Assembly: GCA_038213805.1 (NCBI GenBank)
Contig: JBBQSO010000110.1
Span: 1 to 15,800 of the forward strand
From: Planctomycetota bacterium
GTDB taxonomy: Bacteria; Planctomycetota; UBA11346
Direction of reading: 5' to 3'
DNA length: 15,800 nucleotides
The first letter of the stretch is position 1, and every line of letters begins with the position of its first letter. The position numbers and the translations under genes are program-made. The notes beneath the pieces are model-generated. The model did no database searches. It saw nothing but the letters and a program-made list of their open reading frames with translations, and was not told where the DNA came from. Positions 8,060 to 15,800 of this stretch are shown piece after piece.

Positions 8060-9763
8060 TCACTTCCCTGTGATGGCCACCAGCTCCTTGCTGCTGCGAT
8101 GGTAGAGCATGCCGTCACTGTAGGCCGGTCCGCTCAGGCTCCAGGTCTCGCCGAGCGGCCCGAGGTCGTTGACCGCGGTCAGGGCGTTCTCATCCAGGAC
8201 CTTAGCGTTCGCGTCCAACACGTACGTGACGCCAAGGAGCGTGCTGAAGTAGACATGGTCACCAAGCACCACCGGCGAGGTGAAGAAGGCGTCCACCTCC
8301 CAGCCGTCGGTGCGCGAGCGGTCCTCGTCCGCGATGTCGTGGCCCTGGCTGTCGTCGGCGCGGGTTTTGAGCGAACGGCCGTAGATGCGCTTCTCATCCT
8401 GGCCTGGCTTGCGCTCGACGCCCACTGGCAGTTCGAGGTAGGCGACCGCGCCGGTGGCGTTGTCGATGCGCCCGACACTGTGCGACGGCCCGCTGTGGCC
8501 GTTCGGCGCGTGGCCGTTGCGGCGATTGTTGGTGGTGCACAGGAACCAGGTGTGGCCGTGGGTCACAATGTTGCTGTGCCATTCCGGCAGCACATGCAGC
8601 ACCTCGCCTGGCTTCAGCGCGTATGCCGGGACGTCAGGGACGTCGCGCAGGCTGGCGTGCAGGATCGCGTGGTAGGCGTGCGCAGCCTCGTTCCACTGGC
8701 GGACATCCACGTTCTTCACCAGCGACTGGGTGGCGACCAGCGCGCCGGTCATGACGTCCAGGACGATCTGCGATTCCTCAGGCGCATTCTTGAACCAGTA
8801 GGCGTGCTGCTGGTCCCAGGTCGCGTTGTACTGCGCCATCCAGGTGGTGCCGTCGAGCGGACCGCCGGGTTCGGCGGCCGGCGAGAAGCGCCAAATGGTC
8901 TTGCCCTCCTCGCCCGCCGCGAGACTGGTCATGGTCAGCCCGATCGGGGTCTCGGGCACGCCGTGCGGTCCGCCGCGGCCATGCAGAACCGCGGGGCGAC
9001 CATCGGGCAGGCGGCCGGCCACCGGCGTGCAGTAGAAGGTGGTGCCGTCCTCGGCGATCCAGCGCGTCTTGCCGGTGAGTTTGTCGATGCCGCGCAGGTA
9101 ATTCCATTCGTCACGATCGGCGCGGTACCCAGCGTCGTCCTTGGCGAGCGGCTCGACGGTGATCAGGTCGTTGCCGACCAGCATCGGTTCGCACTGCCGG
9201 TTGAAGGGGAAGTGGTCGGGCTGCGTACGGAACTGGCGCCGCCAGACCTCTTTGCCATCGACCGTCCAACAGCCCATCTCGCCCGAGGAGTTGAAGAACC
9301 ACACATGCGCGGCGTCGCAGATCGGCGTCCACGAGGTCGAGTCGCTGAAGGCGTAGAGCAGCGGGCTGTTGCGCCCGGCCTGCAGCGGCACCGACCACAG
9401 GATCTTCCCGGATTTCTGATCGATGGCGTGGCCGAGGATGGCGTTGCTCTGTTTTTTACCGTCAAAGGGCGCGAAGGTGGTCAGGTAGATGCGCCCCGCG
9501 GCGACGGCGATGTTGCCCTGGCCACCGTTCGGCAGGGGGGTGCGCCAGGCGAGATGCTGGGTGAGGGCGACGCTCCATTGAAGGGGGGCGTCGGCGACCG
9601 CCAGCGACCACGAGCCATCCGGACCGCCAGCCTGGGGCCAGTCATGGACTGTTTCCGCCGCCCACAGCGGGCCGACGGCGCAGGCGAGGCCGAGCAGCGG
9701 GACGAGGGCATGCCATGACCGGATGGGAGTAGGCGGATTTGTAAGCAGGTAGATGGTGGACAT
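8060..9763 (-). CDS. exported PQQ-binding-like beta-propeller repeat protein
   Basis: Hydrophobic leader followed by DWPQAGGPDG, AWRTPLPNGGQG, STSWTPICD, GKEVWRR, GKTRWI, FFTSPVV and the C-terminal SGPAYSDGMLYHRSSKELVAI. This pattern is typical of the family expanded in PVC bacteria. Confidence 0.85.
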   Translation of the reverse strand: MSTIYLLTNPPTPIRSWHALVPLLGLACAVGPLWAAETVHDWPQAGGPDGSWSLAVADAPLQWSVALTQHLAWRTPLPNGGQGNIAVAAGRIYLTTFAPFDGKKQSNAILGHAIDQKSGKILWSVPLQAGRNSPLLYAFSDSTSWTPICDAAHVWFFNSSGEMGCWTVDGKEVWRRQFRTQPDHFPFNRQCEPMLVGNDLITVEPLAKDDAGYRADRDEWNYLRGIDKLTGKTRWIAEDGTTFYCTPVAGRLPDGRPAVLHGRGGPHGVPETPIGLTMTSLAAGEEGKTIWRFSPAAEPGGPLDGTTWMAQYNATWDQQHAYWFKNAPEESQIVLDVMTGALVATQSLVKNVDVRQWNEAAHAYHAILHASLRDVPDVPAYALKPGEVLHVLPEWHSNIVTHGHTWFLCTTNNRRNGHAPNGHSGPSHSVGRIDNATGAVAYLELPVGVERKPGQDEKRIYGRSLKTRADDSQGHDIADEDRSRTDGWEVDAFFTSPVVLGDHVYFSTLLGVTYVLDANAKVLDENALTAVNDLGPLGETWSLSGPAYSDGMLYHRSSKELVAITGK

Positions 9764-9921
9764 GCGTCTTGATACCCTCGACCACCAGGAACGTTTATAT
9801 TAACAATGGCGTCCAATGCGCATTGTCTGATGCACTGCCCGAGAACCCTGCATTAGGGTCACGGCATCCAGAATCTGCTTGGAAAATGCCGCGTGCCGGC
9901 ATCCGACTTCTACAACGCAGG

Positions 9922-10443
9922 TCAGATAGGTGCGGCCGGCGCCACCGTGATCAGCCTGGTGAACGACTTGGTGCTGACGTTCGGCACCGGCGACCCGAAG
10001 GCGTTGCCGGGGTCTATGGTCACCGTCAGCGCGCGATCGGTGCCAACACCGAGCTGCCCGAGCGGCAGGCTCAGGTCGACCGTGTAGAGATTCTTCGGCA
10101 CCAATGCGCTCTGCGCCACCGTCAGTGCCATGCTTACGGTGGTGTCAAGCACGGTGGCACCATCCATGGCGACCAGGACGCGTACCGGGGTGGTGATGGT
10201 CAAGACGGTCGAGCAGCGCAGTCGCCCGGTGAGGGTGACAGCGTCGCTGCTGGTCGGGGAGGCCGGGTTTACGGCCGGCGCGCTGGTCGCTTCCCAGGTG
10301 AAGGCCAGGGCCCCAGCCGTCGCCGAACCCGAAGCGCCGCCGCCCTTCGAACCGCAGCCCGCGACGAGGGCAAGGAGAACCGCCACGCCGAGCATGAGGC
10401 AGCCGCGCAGCAGAGGGTCGAGGTTGGGCAAAGTTGCAGTCAC
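9922..10443 (-). CDS. hypothetical lipoprotein (beta-rich, possibly Ig/CARDB-like)
   Basis: GTG start preceded by GGAG. Lipobox LVAG|C is followed by a Gly/Ser linker. The mature part is Thr/Val-rich. Confidence 0.7.
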   Translation of the reverse strand: MTATLPNLDPLLRGCLMLGVAVLLALVAGCGSKGGGASGSATAGALAFTWEATSAPAVNPASPTSSDAVTLTGRLRCSTVLTITTPVRVLVAMDGATVLDTTVSMALTVAQSALVPKNLYTVDLSLPLGQLGVGTDRALTVTIDPGNAFGSPVPNVSTKSFTRLITVAPAAPI

Positions 10444-10554
10444 GGATGCTCCAGCAGGGGCCGCGGATGGCCGCGGGATCCCATGGCCTCAGCCGGCGTA
10501 CAGAAGCGAAATCTCATCCCCTCTGCTGCACGGCCGACAGCCATGCGCGGAAGG

Positions 10555-11043
10555 TCAGGGCACCACGCTGCGCGCCTCTGCGGTCGTCGCCGACACGGTC
10601 AGGTTCGCCGGTCGGATCCACTCGCCGAAGACCTCGCCGACATTGGAGTTCATGTTCAGCGTATCGGTCGTGAAACGGTCCTGGGCGCGGTAGAAGGCAA
10701 AGCGGAAGAACAGCGGCTGCCGATCGTAGCGGGCCATGACCACCATGATGAGGTAGTCGGGGCCAAGGTTGCCGATGGCGACGACCTGGTGGTCATGCAG
10801 CTTGCCGACGGTGCTCTCGTTCATGCCCTGCAAAACGCCGATGATCTTGGGGAACTCCGTCTGCACGCCCCATTTCCCCTTGTCGGCCATCAGTTCGGTT
10901 ACCGCCCGCGACGCATCGTTGGCGCGCAGATTGGCGAAGAATCCGGCGATCAGGTCGCGACACTCCCGGGGCGTCTCCTGGCCGCGCAGCCAGCCTGGGC
11001 AGAGGGTGAGGAGGAGGAGCAGAGCGAGGACGGGGCGGATCAT
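10555..11043 (-). CDS. hypothetical secreted protein
   Basis: Clear signal peptide (MIRPVLALLLLLTLCPGWLRG), GC3-biased codons and globular composition (ARYDRQPLFFRFAFYR). Confidence 0.75.
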   Translation of the reverse strand: MIRPVLALLLLLTLCPGWLRGQETPRECRDLIAGFFANLRANDASRAVTELMADKGKWGVQTEFPKIIGVLQGMNESTVGKLHDHQVVAIGNLGPDYLIMVVMARYDRQPLFFRFAFYRAQDRFTTDTLNMNSNVGEVFGEWIRPANLTVSATTAEARSVVP

Positions 11044-11158
11044 GGATGCTCTCAGTGCGGCACGGGTGGAGACGTGATCATGGGGACCTCGCGACCAGGG
11101 AAAGGATGGCGTGCGTGCGGTCGCACCCCGTGCCCACGGCCACCGGCTCAGGTCAAGA

Positions 11159-11186
11159 TTGCGTCATACTGGGGAACCGCTACAAT
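11159..11186 (+). promoter_or_regulatory. candidate sigma70 promoter
   Basis: TTGCGT-N16-TACAAT in a relatively AT-rich intergenic patch upstream of a small + strand ORF. Confidence 0.4.
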
Positions 11187-11281
11187 TTCAGGATGAGCCT
11201 TCAATGATAGCACGATCATTTCCTCGTGAGCATGCTGGTCGTCCGCACGCATCGACCATGCGTCGCTGTACGTTCAGCGGC

Positions 11282-11428
11282 ATGGTTTCGGGATCCAGCC
11301 CGCTTCAGCTGGGCGATCGCCTCTGGCTCCTGCAAGCCGGCTTTACCAGCCGCCAACTCGAACGTATGAGCTGGTCACGCATGCGCCGCTTAGTGGCCGA
11401 GGCGGAGTCAGGGTTGACCACCCGCTGA
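11282..11428 (+). CDS. small hypothetical protein (about 48 aa)
   Basis: MVSGSSPLQLGDRLWLLQAGFTSRQLERMSWSRMRRLVAEAESGLTTR. It lies downstream of the candidate promoter and converges on the response regulator gene. Start uncertain. Confidence 0.4.
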   Translation: MVSGSSPLQLGDRLWLLQAGFTSRQLERMSWSRMRRLVAEAESGLTTR

Positions 11429-11609
11429 GGCGGTAGCGTGAGCAGCGCAGACCGGAACGCCATCAGGCGGCAGCGCCCGCAGAATTAAAACGCCGTATGG
11501 CAGCGCAGCAGAGTCGCCACGTCGTGGTGGGATCGCCTGGCTGACATCCGAATCCGCTGCGCCAACGATCCGAAACCGTCATGAAGCGATCAGCCAGTCA
11601 GGGCCCCGC

Positions 11610-12095
11610 TCAGGGTGCTCGGTCACCCTGCGGGGATGGGTTGCCCAAGCTGGTCGCAGTCCGCCGACGGACGTCGTGACTCTCATCGTCGCTCGGCAGG
11701 AAGCGCCCGAGCGTCCGCACCCAGCCCACCAGATCGGCGTAGTTCTGGGGTTTCACCATGTAATCACTGATCGCCCAGGTGCTGCAGATCTCCTTGTCCG
11801 CCGGACGCTGCGAACCCGTCAGCACGATGATCGCGACCTCGCGCGGTCCGTAGGCCGTGCGGATCACCTGCAGAAGCGTCTGCCCCTTGAGCCCGGGCAG
11901 GCCGAGATCGAGGACGATGAGCGCGGGCAGAGTCGACCCGTCCACCGCACCCAGTCGGTTGAGCCTGACCACCGCCTCGATGGCATCAGCGGCACAGGTC
12001 AGCCTGGCGCGCAGGCCGCTGACCAGCAGCGCGGCCGCAAACAGCTCACGATCATCCTGGCGATCCTCGATGAGCAGGATTTCCGGAATGGTCAT
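11610..12095 (-). CDS. single-domain response regulator (CheY-like/Rcp1-type receiver)
   Basis: ILLIEDRQDD (acidic pocket), IVLDLGLPGLKG (phospho-acceptor Asp), IIVLTGS and YMVKP. ATG at 12095. No output domain. Confidence 0.92.
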   Translation of the reverse strand: MTIPEILLIEDRQDDRELFAAALLVSGLRARLTCAADAIEAVVRLNRLGAVDGSTLPALIVLDLGLPGLKGQTLLQVIRTAYGPREVAIIVLTGSQRPADKEICSTWAISDYMVKPQNYADLVGWVRTLGRFLPSDDESHDVRRRTATSLGNPSPQGDRAP

Positions 12096-12496
12096 GCAGG
12101 ATTCCTGGCAGAGGTACCAATGATCCTGCACTGGTAGAGTTGCGATGCCAGGATTCTTGGCGGCTTCCGGTTTTGGACAGGGCTTGCGTAGCGGGCGCAC
12201 CCGTATCGCTAAGAAATTGAACCAACTGTACATACGCTTGAGCATCCGACCTGGGCCTGTGCTCAGCACGAGCGCATGCGCAACCACGCGGCGAAGTTTG
12301 CTCCGAACCCCGGTCTGCTCCTGCAGGTGCATCCGACCCACCCGTGCGCGCACTTGGCGTCGGCCGCCAGCTTCTGAGACGCCGCCCACGCGCGTCGGCG
12401 ACCCCTGCACGAGAGCGGCGGCTGCAGAATCACCAGGGGCGAGCCGTCCTGTATCCCGGTGTCCAGCGACGCGCGGAACGACTGAAGGACCCGCCC

Positions 12497-13314
12497 ATGG
12501 CTTGGGAGAAGATCAGAGTGGCGCACACCATAGATGGGATCCAGCGCAGGAGCGAGCTTGGGAGGAGGTCGAGATCTCCGCCAAGGTCGAGAAGTCACGC
12601 GCCAGGCAGGCGGCCCGGCGTGCGGCCCTGACGGCGGTACGCGCCCAGGCTGAGCGCGCCCGCGGTGATGCCCGCGCCACCGAAGCGGCGAACATTCGCA
12701 AGGAACTGGTCGACCTACACGCCGTCCGGCACCACCTCAGGGTCAAGGCAGCGGCGCTCCGCGAGCTCGCCACCGAGGTCGACTCCGCCCAGGAAGGGCT
12801 GCGCGCCGACTACGCGGTCCAGATCGCCGCCCTGAAGGCCATCGGCACGCATCCCGAGGCCATCCAGGCGTGCGAGGGCCACCCCGGCGAGACCCTGGAC
12901 ACCATGGCCACGATCGCGCACCTGCGCCAGGCCCTCAGCGATGCCCCGGCCGCTGCTCCGGCCAAGGACTTCCTGCCCCCGCTCGACCACCTGGTGGAAT
13001 CCCACGAGGAACGCGTCGAGCGCGAGCACGCCGAGGCCGTCGAGCGCGAGGACCGCGCGAACGAGGCCCACGCCGCCCAGCGCCGCAAGCTCGCTGCCCC
13101 GCTGGCCACGGACTATCGCCGGGCCATCGCCGAGGCGGCCGCCGGCGACCAGGGAGGCTGGAATCGTGCCCTGGGTCTCCTGGGACGCATCGGCGAGCTC
13201 GACGCCGACCTGGCGCGCACGCTCGCCAAGGGCCTCGGCACCGCCCCCGACGCGGTTCGACAGCAGCTGACGGCGCCGCTGGCGCCCCTGGCCACCCTGG
13301 GCCGGCAGCCGTGA
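12497..13314 (+). pseudogene. alpha-helical/coiled-coil hypothetical protein with an apparent frameshift near its 5' end
   Basis: GAAGGA plus 7 nt precede ATG 12497 (MAWEKIRVAHTIDGI...), which is out of frame with the long GC3-rich frame ending at TGA 13314. The codon bias switches frame around 12540-12560. An in-frame TTG at 12502 is an alternative start. Confidence 0.55.
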
Positions 13315-13669
13315 TCGCTGGCCATTTCATCCGCGCGCCGGCGGTAGGCCGCCCTGGCGCCCCTGCCGACCCGCTGGTCGATCAGCAGCGTGCCGAGCTC
13401 AGCCGGCTGACGGCCTGAGCGCGAAGCGAGGACTCAAACCGTTCGTTCTCGCCGCCCCAGTTGTGGACGCGAAAGAGAAGGCATGAGGCGCCACCTGGCC
13501 CAGCCTCGCCAACGAGCTCCGGCGGCTGAATTCGTCGGCCGACGAGGTGCTGGCGACACTTGAGCGCCTCACGCCAGCGGAGGTCGAGAAGCTAGCCGAG
13601 CTCTATGGTCGGATGCCCCCGGTGGAGCAGCGGGTCCGCGCACCCGTTGCGGAGCCCGCCGCCCGCTGA
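13311..13669 (+). pseudogene. degraded small ORFs downstream of the helical gene
   Basis: A 35-aa ORF at 13311-13418 overlaps the previous stop (GTGA). A coding-like frame ...SLANELRRLNSSADEVLATLERLTPAEVEKLAELYGRMPP...* ends at 13669 but is cut by TGA at 13484-13486. Confidence 0.4.
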
Positions 13670-13726
13670 TCATAGTGGCATGCCCGCGGCTGAACCAATG
13701 GCTCGTTGCGGGGGCGAAGGCTTATG

Positions 13727-14389
13727 CTACTTTATAGTGTAGATTCCAAATTGTCCGCCGATGCGCAATATTCCACAGTGGCGAATCGTAATTCCAAGCA
13801 TTTTACACAAAATTAACAGGGGATTTTCTCTGCCAGATATTTCACCTTGGAACCTTGGTCCCAATATCAAAGCAACTGGTGAAATATCGTTTATGTATTC
13901 ATCATTTTCATTTTCTGCGAAAACGCGATATTCTTTCTCGTAATTCCAAACTCTCGACTTTCGTCTAAGCACCTCACAGTCTCTGACTCCAGCTTTCTTA
14001 TCGACAATATTTTTTATCGTCCGGTATGGCACGCGATATGTTTTGTTTGAGTAAATAATTCTTTTGAACCGAGCAACTACAGACGGATCATTAATGTCAT
14101 ATTCCATTGCTACCCCAAAATTGCCACCCGCGTAGTGTGACCACATAAGAATATTTTTTGGTTCCGCAACGAAGCATGTAAATCTACATTTGCTGATTTC
14201 GTCCAAGAACTTTGGGAATAGTGTTAAATCTCTAATTTGCGATGCGTTCTTGGGTACAAATTGGCATGCGCCTTCGAACGCATCATTCATTTTATCGCGC
14301 TTAGAAAGAAATATTCGTCTATTTAATATAGTATCCATGACGTGCGATAGTCCATCTCCATCAATGGATTTAAATTTATAAAACTTCAC
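13727..14389 (-). CDS. DUF2971 domain-containing protein
   Basis: Family motifs FYKFKS, MNDAFEG, LMWSHYAGGNFGVAMEY and RKSRVWNYEKEYR. GTG start at 14389 after GAGGAG. Markedly AT-rich relative to the flanks. Confidence 0.88.
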   Translation of the reverse strand: MKFYKFKSIDGDGLSHVMDTILNRRIFLSKRDKMNDAFEGACQFVPKNASQIRDLTLFPKFLDEISKCRFTCFVAEPKNILMWSHYAGGNFGVAMEYDINDPSVVARFKRIIYSNKTYRVPYRTIKNIVDKKAGVRDCEVLRRKSRVWNYEKEYRVFAENENDEYINDISPVALILGPRFQGEISGRENPLLILCKMLGITIRHCGILRIGGQFGIYTIK

Positions 14390-14563
14390 AGGTGACTCCT
14401 CTTGATTCGGATTATGTCCACGGCCACGGCTACTTAACCGCAGCCACCCACGCTCCATCCCCACGCTTCTCCGCTCCCATCTCCACCTCGCGTACCACCA
14501 GGTCGCAGTCGACGCGGCTGATGAGCAGGGGGAGCAAGTCGGAGGCACCGGGGGAGCCTCTAA

Positions 14564-15191
14564 TCATGGCGATCCCACATGAATGGTAATAGCTCCGTCA
14601 TGATCCGGCCCCGAGACGGTAACGCCTGTCACAGGGGGCAGTTGAACTAGAGCGTAGTTGCGGGCCTGGGCCGGAAAGTTCTTCGACTTCGCGAAATTTA
14701 CAATTTCCAAGGCAAAATCGCGGGATTCTTCGCCATCAGAGGCGTCCACAATGATGGATTTCGCATTCAGCTTTGCCGCCATTTCATCGAACTCCGCTTT
14801 GATTTTATCGGTGAGATGCCGCGGCCCTGGTGGAACTGGCCCAAAAACATAAACATTTTGCGCCGTAATACCGCCGGATTGGTTTGTGGAATTTATGTTA
14901 ACCGTCGAAGAAGATGGGCCCTGGGCGTCCAGCCCCTGCGTCACGATGACGAGGCCATCGGCGCCTTGCCCGCCCTTCCCTGTTTTCCCAGCCCCTGCTC
15001 CGCCCCCGCCTCCTCCGGCACCTGGGGCTTGGCCGGGGGTGCCGTCCATGTGAAGGTTCTGGACCGGGCCTCCGGGGCCGCCCTGGGCATTTGGCCCGAT
15101 GGCGCCACCGCCCCCGCCAGAAGCGCCGACGCCGACGCCGCCCTGCCCGCCTAGGTTCACGGTGGGCGCGGGGTCAGGGCCCTTGAAGAGA
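14564..15191 (-). CDS. 3' exon of a glycine-rich hypothetical gene interrupted by a group II intron
   Basis: The frame is open from the intron 3' end: (xxT) LFKGPDPAPTVNLGGQGG...GAGGGGGGAGAGKTGKGGQGADGLVIVT...STNQSGGITAQNV...IHVGSP*. The track's first 23 codons are intron domain V/VI sequence. Confidence 0.7.
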
Positions 15192-15266
15192 GTTGCGGTA
15201 GGGACCCCAGTTTTACCCAGGGCCCCCCGCACAGATCCGTACGAGCGCAATTTACGCATACGGCTC
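15192..15266 (-). ncRNA. group II intron ribozyme domains V and VI
   Basis: DV at 15266-15234 is GAGCCGTATGCGTAAATTGCGCTCGTACGGATC, with the AGC triad at 15265-15263. DVI at 15230-15195 is GCGGGGGGCCCTGGGTAAAACTGGGGTCCCT-A-CCGC, with the branch A at 15199. Confidence 0.93.
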
Positions 15267-15271
15267 CCACC

Positions 15272-15799
15272 TTAGGTATTGACGATGAGACGTTGGTTGG
15301 GGTACGGGTGTAGGACCTTTGGGCGGGGAAGCCAGGTATCGATCAGCCTGCTCATGCGGCTCCACAGGACACGCGCACGTTGGCTACGGCGGCTGAGCGC
15401 CCGTTTCCAATCCCTGCCTATCAGGTAGCGGAACAGCCACAGCGCATCGGTATTCCCCGGCACTGCGTGGTAGTTGAAGTAGCCAGCAACCACTGCCCTG
15501 AGCCACTTTCCGATCTGGGGGATCGGCTCGTGGCGCCTGGCCTTGAGTTCCTGTCGGATCTCCTTCACCTTCGCTGTCAGTCGCTTACTCATGGTCTCCC
15601 GATATATCGTGAAGTTGCCATCACTTCGCCGAGTTCCGCATCGGTGCAGGAACCCCAGGAAGTTGAACGTCTCCGGTGGCCCTTCCCCTCGCTTCAGACG
15701 TTTCGATTGCGCGAAACGCCCGAATTCGATTAGTCGGGTCTTTTCGGGATGCAGCTTCAGCCCGAACTTGGCCAAGCGCTCATGCAGATCATGCAAGAA
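15272..15799 (-). CDS. ltrA: group II intron reverse transcriptase/maturase, C-terminal part (RT6-7 and domain X; no endonuclease domain)
   Basis: FGLKLHPEKTRLIEFGRFA, PETFNFLGFLHRCG, GYFNYHAVPGN, ALSRRSQR and WLPRPKVLHPYP. The 5' part lies beyond the window. Confidence 0.96.
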   Translation of the reverse strand, partial: FLHDLHERLAKFGLKLHPEKTRLIEFGRFAQSKRLKRGEGPPETFNFLGFLHRCGTRRSDGNFTIYRETMSKRLTAKVKEIRQELKARRHEPIPQIGKWLRAVVAGYFNYHAVPGNTDALWLFRYLIGRDWKRALSRRSQRARVLWSRMSRLIDTWLPRPKVLHPYPNQRLIVNT

Positions 15800-15800
15800 T

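Larger units (their letters stand above)
15192..15800 (-). mobile_element. group II intron, 3' part (subgroup IIB, bacterial class E-like)
   Basis: The RT ORF is followed directly by domain V, domain VI and the terminal ...CCCTACCGCAAC. It ends in AC, with the bulged A 8 nt from the end. Confidence 0.93.

Noticed and set aside
2259..9718. Long + strand ORFs (2259-3830, 3761-5965, 7928-9718 and others)
   Set aside because: They are antisense shadows of well-supported - strand genes. Such shadows are expected in high-GC DNA and these carry no recognisable motifs.
12242..12338. GCATCCGACC repeated twice upstream of the response regulator
   Set aside because: Only two 10-bp copies, too short for a CRISPR array and plausible by chance.
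12096..12496. N-terminal extensions of ORFs 11610-12410 and 12145-13314
   Set aside because: The translations are Arg/Pro-rich and not protein-like, and they overlap each other. Better starts exist at 12095 and 12497. No tRNA or riboswitch was recognised here.
13683..13712. Imperfect hairpin between convergent genes
   Set aside because: It needs several G-U pairs and mismatches and has no U-tract, so it is too weak to call a terminator.
14390..14548. N-terminal extension of the DUF2971 ORF
   Set aside because: The family domain begins at the GTG at 14389, which has a GAGGAG RBS, and base composition changes at about that point.
15272..15800. RT as a retron, DGR or CRISPR-associated RT
   Set aside because: Domain X motifs and the adjacent DV/DVI identify it as an ordinary group II intron protein.

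Overview
This is high-GC bacterial DNA, probably from a Planctomycetota-like organism (inferred from protein style only). Positions 1-3437 hold housekeeping-type genes: the 5' end of an SMP-30/gluconolactonase-like gene, UDP-glucose 6-dehydrogenase, YjbQ and an AI-2E transporter. At 3527-7740 (- strand) is a tight three-gene operon: an ECF sigma factor, a FecR-type anti-sigma factor whose C-terminal domain looks like a carbohydrate-binding module, and a secreted clan-A glycoside hydrolase with CBM6 and a Gly-Cys-TM C-terminal sorting-like tail. This operon is the best candidate for a little-described glycan-sensing system. Next come a PQQ-like beta-propeller protein, two exported hypothetical proteins and an orphan single-domain response regulator. 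From about 12500 the window is accessory or decayed DNA: frameshifted or stop-interrupted helical ORFs, an AT-rich DUF2971 gene, and a glycine-rich gene split by a group IIB intron (class E-like). The intron's RT/maturase C-terminus, domain V, domain VI and 3' splice site are visible. No rRNA, tRNA or CRISPR array was seen.
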